A model generated the notes under the pieces. That model was not told where the DNA came from. It saw only the letters and a program-made list of their open reading frames with translations, and did no database searches. Source: Pseudomonadota bacterium (lineage in GTDB: Bacteria; Pseudomonadota; Gammaproteobacteria; Burkholderiales; Methylophilaceae). From it: DNA of 64,000 nt. The stretch is taken from NCBI GenBank assembly GCA_029563075.1, contig JAKQTN010000069.1, positions 7,618-71,617 of the forward strand, written 5' to 3'. This document shows, piece after piece, positions 56,179-64,000 of this stretch. The position numbers and the translations under genes are program-made. Within the stretch, counting starts at the first letter, position 1. Each line of letters opens with the position of its first letter.

Positions 56179-56604
56179 ATGAACATAGAACAACAGCCTG
56201 ATAACGCCCATATATTCTCCCAAGAAGAGATTGTTTCGCCAGCGAAGCGAGGTGCGTGGAAATGGATGTTGCCATTAAGCATTACGCTGGCGCTGGTCAT
56301 GTTTGCAGCTTGGCATTTTGGCTGGCATGCCAAAGCCGTTACTGCTGGTGTGTTGTTATTAGCAGGGCTTTCCCATTTATTCGCATGGATACTCGGCATC
56401 ATTGCATTAGTGCCGATTATTGGCCCAATATTGGTGAAAGTCCTTAGCTTGTCTATCATCTGGCTGCTGAATGCCATCGGATATCTGGTTTCTTTCGTTG
56501 CTATCAAACGTGGCTATTCTAAAGATGTACTTACCTACCGCGCTGTAACCATCGCGCTTATCTCGGGCATTATTATTGGCTATGTAATTGGCAGCCTGGT
56601 TTAA
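56179..56604 (+). CDS. Hypothetical membrane protein
   Basis: Several hydrophobic helices in an open frame of plausible length. Confidence 0.6.
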   Translation: MNIEQQPDNAHIFSQEEIVSPAKRGAWKWMLPLSITLALVMFAAWHFGWHAKAVTAGVLLLAGLSHLFAWILGIIALVPIIGPILVKVLSLSIIWLLNAIGYLVSFVAIKRGYSKDVLTYRAVTIALISGIIIGYVIGSLV

Positions 56605-56609
56605 ACTAC

Positions 56610-57173
56610 TTAATGCGGAACTTCCGCGCGGGCCATTAGCTTGTCAATGTAGGCAATCGCCATGGCCGAGAATACAAATGTCATGTGAATGACGGTTTGC
56701 CACAATAGTACCTTATCGGTCAGGTTTTCTGCATTGATAAAGGTTTTAAGCAAATGAATGGATGAAATACCGATGATGGCAGTGGCCAGCTTCACTTTAA
56801 GCAGATTGGCATTCACATGGGAAAGCCAATCAGGCTCGTCAGGGTGACCTTCCAGATTCAGGCGTGAAACAAAGGTTTCGTAACCACCCACAATCACCAT
56901 AATCAGCAGGTTTGAAATCATCACCACGTCAATCAAACCCAATACAATCAGCATGATGTCCGCTTCACCCAGATGGGGGATCTTATGTACCAGGTGGAAT
57001 AACTCTACCGCAAAGAAATACACATAGACTGCCTGTGCGATGATGAGACCTAAATATAGCGGCAGTTGCAGCCAGCGGCTGCCGAACAATATATTGGTCA
57101 TGATGTTGCTTTGCTTATATTCGCTACCTGAGATTTTTGTGTTTTCTTGCATGGGGCTACCTGAATAATTCAT
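56610..57173 (-). CDS. UPF0114/YqhA-family membrane protein
   Basis: SRWLQLPLYLGL, LIDVVMISNLLIMV, SSIHLLKTF. Confidence 0.88.
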   Translation of the reverse strand: MNYSGSPMQENTKISGSEYKQSNIMTNILFGSRWLQLPLYLGLIIAQAVYVYFFAVELFHLVHKIPHLGEADIMLIVLGLIDVVMISNLLIMVIVGGYETFVSRLNLEGHPDEPDWLSHVNANLLKVKLATAIIGISSIHLLKTFINAENLTDKVLLWQTVIHMTFVFSAMAIAYIDKLMARAEVPH

Positions 57174-57197
57174 TAATTGCTGGAAGCGTATTTTACC

Positions 57198-58043
57198 TTA
57201 AGTAATCTGACTTGTAAGTTCGAAATGGGCTGTTTCATCCATTGCCAGTAACTTAGTTAGCACTGGCATACTTTCATTTAATGTGGTGGGTAAAGTCCAC
57301 GGCGGGTTTACAATAAACATGCCGCTGCCGTGCATGCCAAAGCCTTCTGCACTAGGCGCTTGCACGCTTAAGCTTATATTCAGCCAGTTGCCTGTATCGA
57401 GTTGTTTTAATTTATCCAGCATCTGCTGCGGTTCTGGGCGTTGCAACAGTGGGTACCACACCAGGTAAGTCCCTGTAGCGAAACGGTTGAGACCGTCTTT
57501 GATGCAGTCAGCTACACGCCGGTACTCATCTTTAAGCTCATATGGGGGGTCGATCAGCACCACAGCGCGTTTGCATGGTGGCGGCAAACAGGCTTTTAAA
57601 CCAATAAAACCATTTTGCATTTCAGTTTTGGTTTGTTTACCTTGATATCTAAAGGTTTCTGTTAGCAGCTTGTAATCATTCGGATGCAGCTCAAACAAGC
57701 GCATTTTGTCGTCCGTGCGCAAATAGTGTCGAGCAATTGCGGGTGAGCCAGGATAAAGCTGCAGTTGATTGTTTTGATTATATTTTCTGATTAAATCGAC
57801 GTAGTTCTTCAGCATGGCAGGCAAGTTTTTTGTGCCTATAAGTCGAGCGATTCCTCTTTCAAATTCGGCATTTTTCTGCGCGAAATCGCTATCCAAGGCA
57901 TACATGCCAGCGCCGGCGTGGGTGTCGATATACCAGTAAGGCTTGTCCTTTTGGTTCATGTAATCCAGTACCAGGCTCAGCACATAATGTTTCAGCACAT
58001 CGGCATGGTTGCCTGCATGAAAGGCGTGGCGGTAACTTAACAT
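57198..58043 (-). CDS. rlmJ: 23S rRNA m6A2030 methyltransferase
   Basis: MLSYRHAFHAGNHADVLKH, YPGSP, LIDPPYE, GSGMFIVNPPW. Confidence 0.96.
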   Translation of the reverse strand: MLSYRHAFHAGNHADVLKHYVLSLVLDYMNQKDKPYWYIDTHAGAGMYALDSDFAQKNAEFERGIARLIGTKNLPAMLKNYVDLIRKYNQNNQLQLYPGSPAIARHYLRTDDKMRLFELHPNDYKLLTETFRYQGKQTKTEMQNGFIGLKACLPPPCKRAVVLIDPPYELKDEYRRVADCIKDGLNRFATGTYLVWYPLLQRPEPQQMLDKLKQLDTGNWLNISLSVQAPSAEGFGMHGSGMFIVNPPWTLPTTLNESMPVLTKLLAMDETAHFELTSQIT

Positions 58044-58134
58044 AGCTTGCCATTATAGCTATCCGCGGTTAGTCTGAACATTTTTTTCGTAGCCTTCCAT
58101 GCTTAATGTTGGGTTTTCGGTTAGCATTTCACCT

Positions 58135-58818
58135 ATGAAAAGCTCTGGCCAAAATACCCCGGTGACGCACGAAGATCATGATGATCATGATCACTATCTT
58201 ATCCCGTTTCTGCTGATTTTTACTTTTGCTGTTGTCGAGGCCGTAGGCAGCTGGTATACCGGCTCTTTGGCCTTGTTAAGCGATGCCGGGCACATGTTTT
58301 CAGATGTCGCGGCGCTAGGGCTGGCCTGGATGGCAGGTGTTATTGCTAAAAGGCCCAATGTAGCGAGGCATGCATGCGGTGTCAGTTATGCTGAGCTGAG
58401 CGTTTCGATCATTAATGCAATCACCATGCTGGCGGTAATTTTCTATGTGGTAGCTGAAGCCATTTCAAGATTCAAGCATCCGCCCTTCGTGCAAGGCGCA
58501 GGCCTGACCATTATTGCGACACTTGGGCTTATTGTAAATCTCATCGTCGCCAAGCAGCTGCATCATCAGGCGGTGCATCATGCTGAAACTCTGAATAACC
58601 GCGCTGCATTTTTGCATGTTGTTGGCGATTTATTAGGCTCTGTGGCGGCGGTGGCTGCCGGCGTGATTATTTATTTTACGGGCTGGATGCCAATCGACCC
58701 GATTCTATCGTTGCTCATTTCCATATTACTGCTCGTGTTTACCTTAAACCTAATCCGCGACATATGGAACACCCTGCGTAGCAAAGCCAGTTTAAGCGGT
58801 CGTAATCATGCTCACTAG
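58135..58818 (+). CDS. Cation diffusion facilitator (Zn/Co/Cd type) lacking the C-terminal cytoplasmic domain
   Basis: SLALLSDAGHMFSD, AFLHVVGD, DPILS; His-rich N-terminus; ends shortly after TM6. Confidence 0.85.
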   Translation: MKSSGQNTPVTHEDHDDHDHYLIPFLLIFTFAVVEAVGSWYTGSLALLSDAGHMFSDVAALGLAWMAGVIAKRPNVARHACGVSYAELSVSIINAITMLAVIFYVVAEAISRFKHPPFVQGAGLTIIATLGLIVNLIVAKQLHHQAVHHAETLNNRAAFLHVVGDLLGSVAAVAAGVIIYFTGWMPIDPILSLLISILLLVFTLNLIRDIWNTLRSKASLSGRNHAH

Positions 58819-59443
58819 GCCTGTGTTCGATATTGGCTGCCGTCAGTGTGCGCGGCTTGCTACGTTTTTAGATGACGTTAAGGTAAAAAATCCGACTTAC
58901 TTCTGCAAACCGGTTCCGCCATTTGGCGACAGCAACGCCAGATTGATTATCATCGGCCTAGCACCTGGTATGCATGGTGCCAATAGAACCGGCAGGCCGT
59001 TTACGGGTGACCATGCAGGTATTCTGCTATATGAAACCTTGCATAAATATGGCTTTGCCACCAAACCACAGTCCATTTCAGCGGATGATGATTTGCAACT
59101 CAACAACTGCCGCATCACCAACGCGGTGAAATGCCTGCCGCCTGAGAATAAACCGCTTCCCGTGGAGATCGTCACATGCAATCAGTTTTTAGCAGCAGAG
59201 TTACAACAATTGGCTCCAAATAGTGTCATATTGGCATTGGGCAATGTGGCGCATCTGGCAGTGCTGAAAGCGTTTGGATTACAAATTAAAGACTGTAAGT
59301 TTGGTCACGCCGCACAGCACATACTTCCCAATGGGTTGATTTTGGTAGATAGTTACCATTGTAGCCGTTACAACACGCAAACCAAACGTCTTACGGAAGC
59401 GATGTTTCATGCAGTGTTTGAAATTATCAAAGCGGAGCTGTAA
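58808..59443 (+). CDS. Uracil-DNA glycosylase, family 5 (UdgB-like, Fe-S)
   Basis: CRQCARL, GLAPGMHGANRTGRPFTGD, NAVKCLPP, YHCSRYN. Confidence 0.9.
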   Translation: MLTRPVFDIGCRQCARLATFLDDVKVKNPTYFCKPVPPFGDSNARLIIIGLAPGMHGANRTGRPFTGDHAGILLYETLHKYGFATKPQSISADDDLQLNNCRITNAVKCLPPENKPLPVEIVTCNQFLAAELQQLAPNSVILALGNVAHLAVLKAFGLQIKDCKFGHAAQHILPNGLILVDSYHCSRYNTQTKRLTEAMFHAVFEIIKAEL

Positions 59444-59518
59444 GAGCGACAACTCGTCGCGATAAAATGGTCAAATTGGTACGAGTTGTGAACCTACAAA
59501 AATTGAAAGGAAATTACT

Positions 59519-59701
59519 ATGCCATACGTTAATATTAAACTTGCAGGCGAAGTCACTCGCGAGCAAAAAGCTAAAATCGCCAAAGAAATCACCGAGACTT
59601 TAGAGCGCGTTGCCAATAAACCTAAATCCTATACCTATATTACATTTGAAGAAGTCGCGTATGAGGATTGGGCGATAGGCGGACAGTTGTTGGATGAGTA
59701 A
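59519..59701 (+). CDS. 4-oxalocrotonate tautomerase family protein
   Basis: Catalytic Pro-1 (MPYVNIK), 60 aa, WAIGG. Confidence 0.88.
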   Translation: MPYVNIKLAGEVTREQKAKIAKEITETLERVANKPKSYTYITFEEVAYEDWAIGGQLLDE

Positions 59702-60446
59702 AGTTGCTTACAATAATTTTGCATTAAACCTAAGCAGGGTTAACTTGAAACTATTTTATAAAGTATTTTTATTACTAAGTTTGCAAATATTTTTTAGCGC
59801 GGCATTTGCAAAAAACGCATGTCTAGATAAGCAATTAAAAATCGTAGCAATTGGCGATAGCATTACCCAAGGCGGAGGCAAGCCCGATGAATATACTTAT
59901 CGGTTGCCATTATCAAAATTACTTAAAGATGCAGGCTATAATGTAGATTTCATTGGGACGCAACGTTCTGGACTAGACAAGTCTTTTAAATGGCCGGCAG
60001 GTTTCGATAATGATCATGAAGGTTTTTACGGGCAATCGGCATCGTTAGTAGCGCAGAAACTTAAAACTGATTTAATTAAGCTGCCGGCTCCAGATTTCGC
60101 ATTAATACATTTAGCTGGTTGTGGTTGTAATGCTTCCAATGTCATTCAGTCAGTGGTGATGCCGATGAGATCAATTATTTCCCAGTTGCGCAAGCGAAAC
60201 CCTAAAGTGCATATTCTGATAAGTGAAATCCACGTCAACACATTTCGGGTTAAGTATATTAGGCTCTATTTAAAACTGCTGGCCAAATACGAAAGTACTG
60301 TAACATCGCCTGTGATTACAGTGCCTGATTATGTAGGATGGACAAGCAGTGATACTCTTGATGGCATGCACCCATCATTGTCTGGTCAAGAGAAAATGGC
60401 AAAAGCATGGTTTAAAAATATTAATTCATTGTGTAGTTCAGGCTAA
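59694..60446 (+). CDS. Secreted SGNH/GDSL hydrolase
   Basis: IGDSIT, HEGFYG, DGMHP; signal-peptide-like stretch; AT-rich. True start uncertain. Confidence 0.75.
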   Translation: MSKVAYNNFALNLSRVNLKLFYKVFLLLSLQIFFSAAFAKNACLDKQLKIVAIGDSITQGGGKPDEYTYRLPLSKLLKDAGYNVDFIGTQRSGLDKSFKWPAGFDNDHEGFYGQSASLVAQKLKTDLIKLPAPDFALIHLAGCGCNASNVIQSVVMPMRSIISQLRKRNPKVHILISEIHVNTFRVKYIRLYLKLLAKYESTVTSPVITVPDYVGWTSSDTLDGMHPSLSGQEKMAKAWFKNINSLCSSG

Positions 60447-60548
60447 TCTAAACTTAAAATTATTTAACAAGTATTTGCATTTTTAAGATTGTTAGTTGGC
60501 TTGATTGGCAGGTTCTCGGAAATGATAGCAGAGTGGTAAAATATCCGC

Positions 60549-62348
60549 ATGTTCGACTCCAAACCCCCCTTAAAAAATCTGCCGAATCTGCCGGGCGTGT
60601 ATCGCATGATTAATGCCACAGACGAGGTGATTTATGTCGGCAAGGCGAAAGACCTCAAGAAGCGGGTTTCATCGTATTTCAACAAAAACTTGCCCAGTCC
60701 GCGCACACGGATGATGGTAAGCAATATCTTCAAAATCGAAACCACTGTCACACACAATGAGGCCGAGGCTTTGCTGCTGGAAAACAACCTGATTAAAGGC
60801 TTGATGCCGCGTTACAACGTGTTGTTTCGGGATGATAAATCGTATCCTTACATCGCGCTTACGGGCGATGAGTTCCCGCGTTTGGCATTTCATCGTGGCG
60901 CGCAGAAAAAGCAGAACCAGTATTTCGGGCCTTTCCCCAATTCGGTTGCGGTGCGCGAAAGCATTCAGCTTTTGCAGAAGGTATTCAAGTTGCGCACCTG
61001 CGAGAATACCGTATTTGCTAATCGCTCGCGCCCCTGTCTGCAGTACCAAATCGAGCGCTGCACGGCGCCTTGCGTGGGTTATATTACACCAGAGGATTAT
61101 GCGCATGATGTGCATCATGCCGCGTTGTTTCTGGAAGGAAAAGCCAACGAAGTGCTGAATGCGTTGGGCGATAAAATGAATACGGCGGCAGCGAATCAGG
61201 AATATGAAATGGCGGTGGTGTTTCGCGACCGCATGCAGGCGCTGCGCCAGGTACAGGCAAAACAGTTTGTGAGTGATTTTAGTGTCTCGGACGCAGATGT
61301 AATCGCCTGTGCTGAGGTACAGGGGCAGCACTGCATTAATTTGGTGATGATACGTGGCGGACGGCATTTGGGCGATAAAAGCTTTTTCCCAAAAAATGCG
61401 CAAGATGCAACATTGTCCGAAACGGTGGAAGCGTTTTTAACCCAGCATTATGTGGCACAAAACACACCGCCGATGATCGTGTGCGGCGCCGAGGTTGATG
61501 CCAAGACCTTTGATCAGGCCTTTAGCGAACAATCCGGCCGCAAGATTAAAATTATTACTAACGCGATTGGCGACAAGCGTGTTTGGCTGAAAATGGCGCA
61601 AACCAATGCAGAACTTGCATTAACGCAAAAACAGGCCGAAGCCACCAATCAGGAGGCGCGATTGATCGCGCTACGCGAAGCGTTGAATTTGCCCGAGACT
61701 ACTGAGCGTATTGAATGCTTTGACATCAGCCACACCATGGGTGAGGCGACGGTGGCGAGCTGTGTAGTGTTCGATAAAGGCAATCTGCAAAACAGTGAAT
61801 ACCGCCGTTATAACATTACGAGCATTACCCCAGGCGACGATTACGCAGCCATGCGCGATGTGCTGACGCGGCGTTACAAAAAAGTCGCAGCGGGTGAGGG
61901 GAAGCGCCCGGACCTGGTGTTTATTGATGGCGGCAAAGGCCAATTGGGCGTGGCAATCGAGGTGATGCAGGAAGTCGGCCTGGAAGATATTTTATTGATC
62001 GGAATAGCAAAAGGCGAAGAACGTAAACCCGGACTGGAAACCATGATTTTTTCTGACACGGGTGAAATGCTAAACCTGGAAAAAGATAACCGAGGGCTGC
62101 ATTTGCTGCAACAAATCCGTGATGAAGCGCACCGGTTTGCCATCACAGGTCATCGCGCAAAGCGTGCTAAAGCAAGATTGCATTCAAGTCTGGAAGACAT
62201 TGGTGGCATAGGCGCAAAAAGGCGTAAGGCCTTGCTGACACGCTTTGGTGGATTGGAAGGGGTGAAAGGTGCTAGCATAGATGAAATTGCCCAAGTCGAA
62301 GGCGTGAGCAAGGCTTTGGCCGAAAAAATTTACGGAGAGTTTCATTAG
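60549..62348 (+). CDS. uvrC: Excinuclease ABC subunit C
   Basis: PGVYRM...YVGKAKDLKKRVSSYF, ECFDISH, DGGKGQ, RDEAHRFA, HhH. Confidence 0.97.
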   Translation: MFDSKPPLKNLPNLPGVYRMINATDEVIYVGKAKDLKKRVSSYFNKNLPSPRTRMMVSNIFKIETTVTHNEAEALLLENNLIKGLMPRYNVLFRDDKSYPYIALTGDEFPRLAFHRGAQKKQNQYFGPFPNSVAVRESIQLLQKVFKLRTCENTVFANRSRPCLQYQIERCTAPCVGYITPEDYAHDVHHAALFLEGKANEVLNALGDKMNTAAANQEYEMAVVFRDRMQALRQVQAKQFVSDFSVSDADVIACAEVQGQHCINLVMIRGGRHLGDKSFFPKNAQDATLSETVEAFLTQHYVAQNTPPMIVCGAEVDAKTFDQAFSEQSGRKIKIITNAIGDKRVWLKMAQTNAELALTQKQAEATNQEARLIALREALNLPETTERIECFDISHTMGEATVASCVVFDKGNLQNSEYRRYNITSITPGDDYAAMRDVLTRRYKKVAAGEGKRPDLVFIDGGKGQLGVAIEVMQEVGLEDILLIGIAKGEERKPGLETMIFSDTGEMLNLEKDNRGLHLLQQIRDEAHRFAITGHRAKRAKARLHSSLEDIGGIGAKRRKALLTRFGGLEGVKGASIDEIAQVEGVSKALAEKIYGEFH

Positions 62349-62364
62349 TGGAGTGCCGCGTTAA

Positions 62365-62961
62365 ATGAAGTTGAACATCCCGACCATGCTCACATGGCTA
62401 CGTATTTTGCTGATTCCCATATTTGTAGGCGCATTTTACTGGCCTGAAAACCTGCACAAATTAAGCGCTATGCCATCGCATTCGGTCAATATTTTTGTTA
62501 CCGCTGTATTTGCGATTGCCTCGTTTACCGATTGGCTGGATGGTTATTTGGCCAGGCGTTGGCATCAAACCTCGGCATTTGGCGCATTTCTGGACCCGGT
62601 AGCCGATAAGCTCATGGTGGCAGCAGCGCTTATTGTGCTGGTGGAGTTTGGACGCGTGGGGGCGATAGTTTCTTTGATCATTATAGGCCGCGAAATTGCT
62701 GTGAGTGCCTTACGCGAATGGATGGCGGGTGATGGAGAGGGCGGTAGCATGGCGGTTGCGATGATAGGTAAAGTTAAAACCTCCGTGCAAATGCTGGCGA
62801 TATTGTTTTTGTTATATTGGGATAATATTCATTTAGGTAGCATGGGTACTTTTCAAACCCAGATTGTCGGACATAGACTGATAGAGATTGCCGCATTTTT
62901 AACATTGCTATCAATGGCTTATTACTTGAAGGTGGCTTGGCCAAAGATTAAAGTCAAATAA
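62365..62961 (+). CDS. pgsA: CDP-diacylglycerol--glycerol-3-phosphate 3-phosphatidyltransferase
   Basis: TDWLDGYLAR...FGAFLDPVADK; context uvrC-pgsA-tRNA. Confidence 0.95.
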   Translation: MKLNIPTMLTWLRILLIPIFVGAFYWPENLHKLSAMPSHSVNIFVTAVFAIASFTDWLDGYLARRWHQTSAFGAFLDPVADKLMVAAALIVLVEFGRVGAIVSLIIIGREIAVSALREWMAGDGEGGSMAVAMIGKVKTSVQMLAILFLLYWDNIHLGSMGTFQTQIVGHRLIEIAAFLTLLSMAYYLKVAWPKIKVK

Positions 62962-63030
62962 ATATGCGATAAAGTGAGCTAATTGGTCTTGACAGTATTC
63001 TGAAAATCGCTAAAATGCACGCTTCTTAAC

Positions 63031-63106
63031 GCGGGAATAGCTCAGCTGGTAGAGCGCAACCTTGCCAAGGTTGAGGTCGCGAGTTCGAGCCTCGTTTCCC
63101 GCTCCA
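63031..63106 (+). tRNA. tRNA-Gly (GCC)
   Basis: GCGGGAATAGCTCAGCTGGTAGAGCGCAACCTTGCCAAGGTTGAGGTCGCGAGTTCGAGCCTCGTTTCCCGCTCCA: cloverleaf with encoded CCA. Confidence 0.98.
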
Positions 63107-63114
63107 GTATTACC

Positions 63115-63147
63115 AAACGGCGAATGCAATTATGCTTTCGCCGTTTT
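63115..63147 (+). terminator. Hairpin between the two tRNAs (terminator/processing structure)
   Basis: AAACGGCGAA-N12-TTCGCCGTTTT. Confidence 0.55.
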
Positions 63148-63193
63148 AGTTTAAGCAGTTTGTTTAATTGGTCTCTTTAAATTAAACATGAAT

Positions 63194-63267
63194 GGCGCGA
63201 TAGCAAAGCGGTTATGCCGCGGCCTGCAAAGCCGTTTAGGCCGGTTCGACTCCGGCTCGCGCCTCCA
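63194..63267 (+). tRNA. tRNA-Cys (GCA)
   Basis: GGCGCGATAGCAAAGCGGTTATGCCGCGGCCTGCAAAGCCGTTTAGGCCGGTTCGACTCCGGCTCGCGCCTCCA. Confidence 0.97.
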
Positions 63268-63407
63268 ATCCCTGGAATCTCCACTGAAATACTGCGCTAT
63301 TTGGCATAAAGATTGCTAGAAACGTGTCGTAATGTACTGTAATACATTGTAGTTATTGCTAAATGTTGATACATTACATTAAATGACAATTTTAATAAGT
63401 TGCAGTG

Positions 63408-64000
63408 ATGAGCTTAGGTAAAATAAGCCCAGAAAATATAACTTTGGAAAATAAAGCGCAGCTGAATATTGAACGGGGAAACCCTGAGTTGGCACAGTTA
63501 ACCGAGAACCAGCCCAACGCGAGTGATTCGCTATTGGGTTGTTTGTTATTAGCCTGCCGCACCCACCAGGTGGCTACGACCAAAGATGCGCTCATTGCGG
63601 GTTTGCCGTTGCGTGATGGCAAAATGACCCCCGCATTGTTCAAACGGGCCGCTGAGCGCGCCAATCTTGCTGTTACCACCCTAAAAAAACCGCTTCATCA
63701 GATTCGTACAGAATTTTTGCCGGTCATCCTGCTGTTAAAAGATAACGAAGCCTGCATGCTGACCGGGATTGACGAAAACACTAAAACCGCAAGCGTCATT
63801 TATCCCGAACTGGGTGACGCCGAAGTGGCTGTGCCATTGGATGAGATTGTGGCACAGTATTCCGGCTACCTGATCGTGGCAAAACCCAAGTATGTGTTTG
63901 ATAAGCGTGCTCCCGCAGTGGGCAAAGTGCGTTTGAAGCATTGGTTCTGGGGCACTTTGGCTGAGAATAAACGTATCTACCGCGATGTGATGGTGGCTGC
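63408..64000 (+). CDS. Type I secretion permease/ATPase (LapB/LssB-like, C39-like N-terminal domain), 5' part
   Basis: Manual translation: DSLLGCLLLACRTHQ...LIAGLPL...LFKRAAERA...LPVILLLKDNEAC...YSGY...HWFWGTL...YRDVMVA. The frame is open to the window end. Confidence 0.88.
   Translation, partial: MSLGKISPENITLENKAQLNIERGNPELAQLTENQPNASDSLLGCLLLACRTHQVATTKDALIAGLPLRDGKMTPALFKRAAERANLAVTTLKKPLHQIRTEFLPVILLLKDNEACMLTGIDENTKTASVIYPELGDAEVAVPLDEIVAQYSGYLIVAKPKYVFDKRAPAVGKVRLKHWFWGTLAENKRIYRDVMVA

Overview
The window is bacterial chromosomal DNA from a betaproteobacterium. Gene content and synteny suggest Methylophilaceae (Methylotenera-like); this is inferred, because no methanol dehydrogenase gene lies in the window. 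Most of it is housekeeping genes: cysK, glnS, birA/coaX, aceEF-lpdA, pepA, recJ, tadA, surE-pcm-nlpD, purB, rlmJ, uvrC-pgsA, and tRNA-Gly and tRNA-Cys. The standout is a ~20 kb divergent cluster (36.4-56.1 kb) centred on a GntR/HutC regulator and its palindromic operator. It combines the methylcitrate genes (prpB, prpC, prpD, acnB), sdhCDABE, a class I fumarase, a short malic enzyme, a mesaconyl-CoA hydratase (Mch)-like protein, three different CitE-family CoA-ester lyases and an acyl-CoA ligase. It has no mdh, gltA or prpE. Together these genes could form an isocitrate-lyase-independent acetyl-CoA-to-glyoxylate route, a citramalate/methylcitrate bicycle; this is a hypothesis. Other points of interest: a Met-rich, OprC-like TonB receptor splitting birA-coaX; a BigR/Blh/TauE/PDO persulfide module; a secreted YHS-like plus pentapeptide-repeat fusion; a NYN-LOTUS putative RNase wedged into purB-wrbA; a 119-bp MITE-like element; a CDF transporter lacking its C-terminal domain; and a type I secretion ATPase starting just after tRNA-Cys. 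I saw no CRISPR array, rRNA, transposase or integrase. All family assignments come from motif recognition, not database searches.
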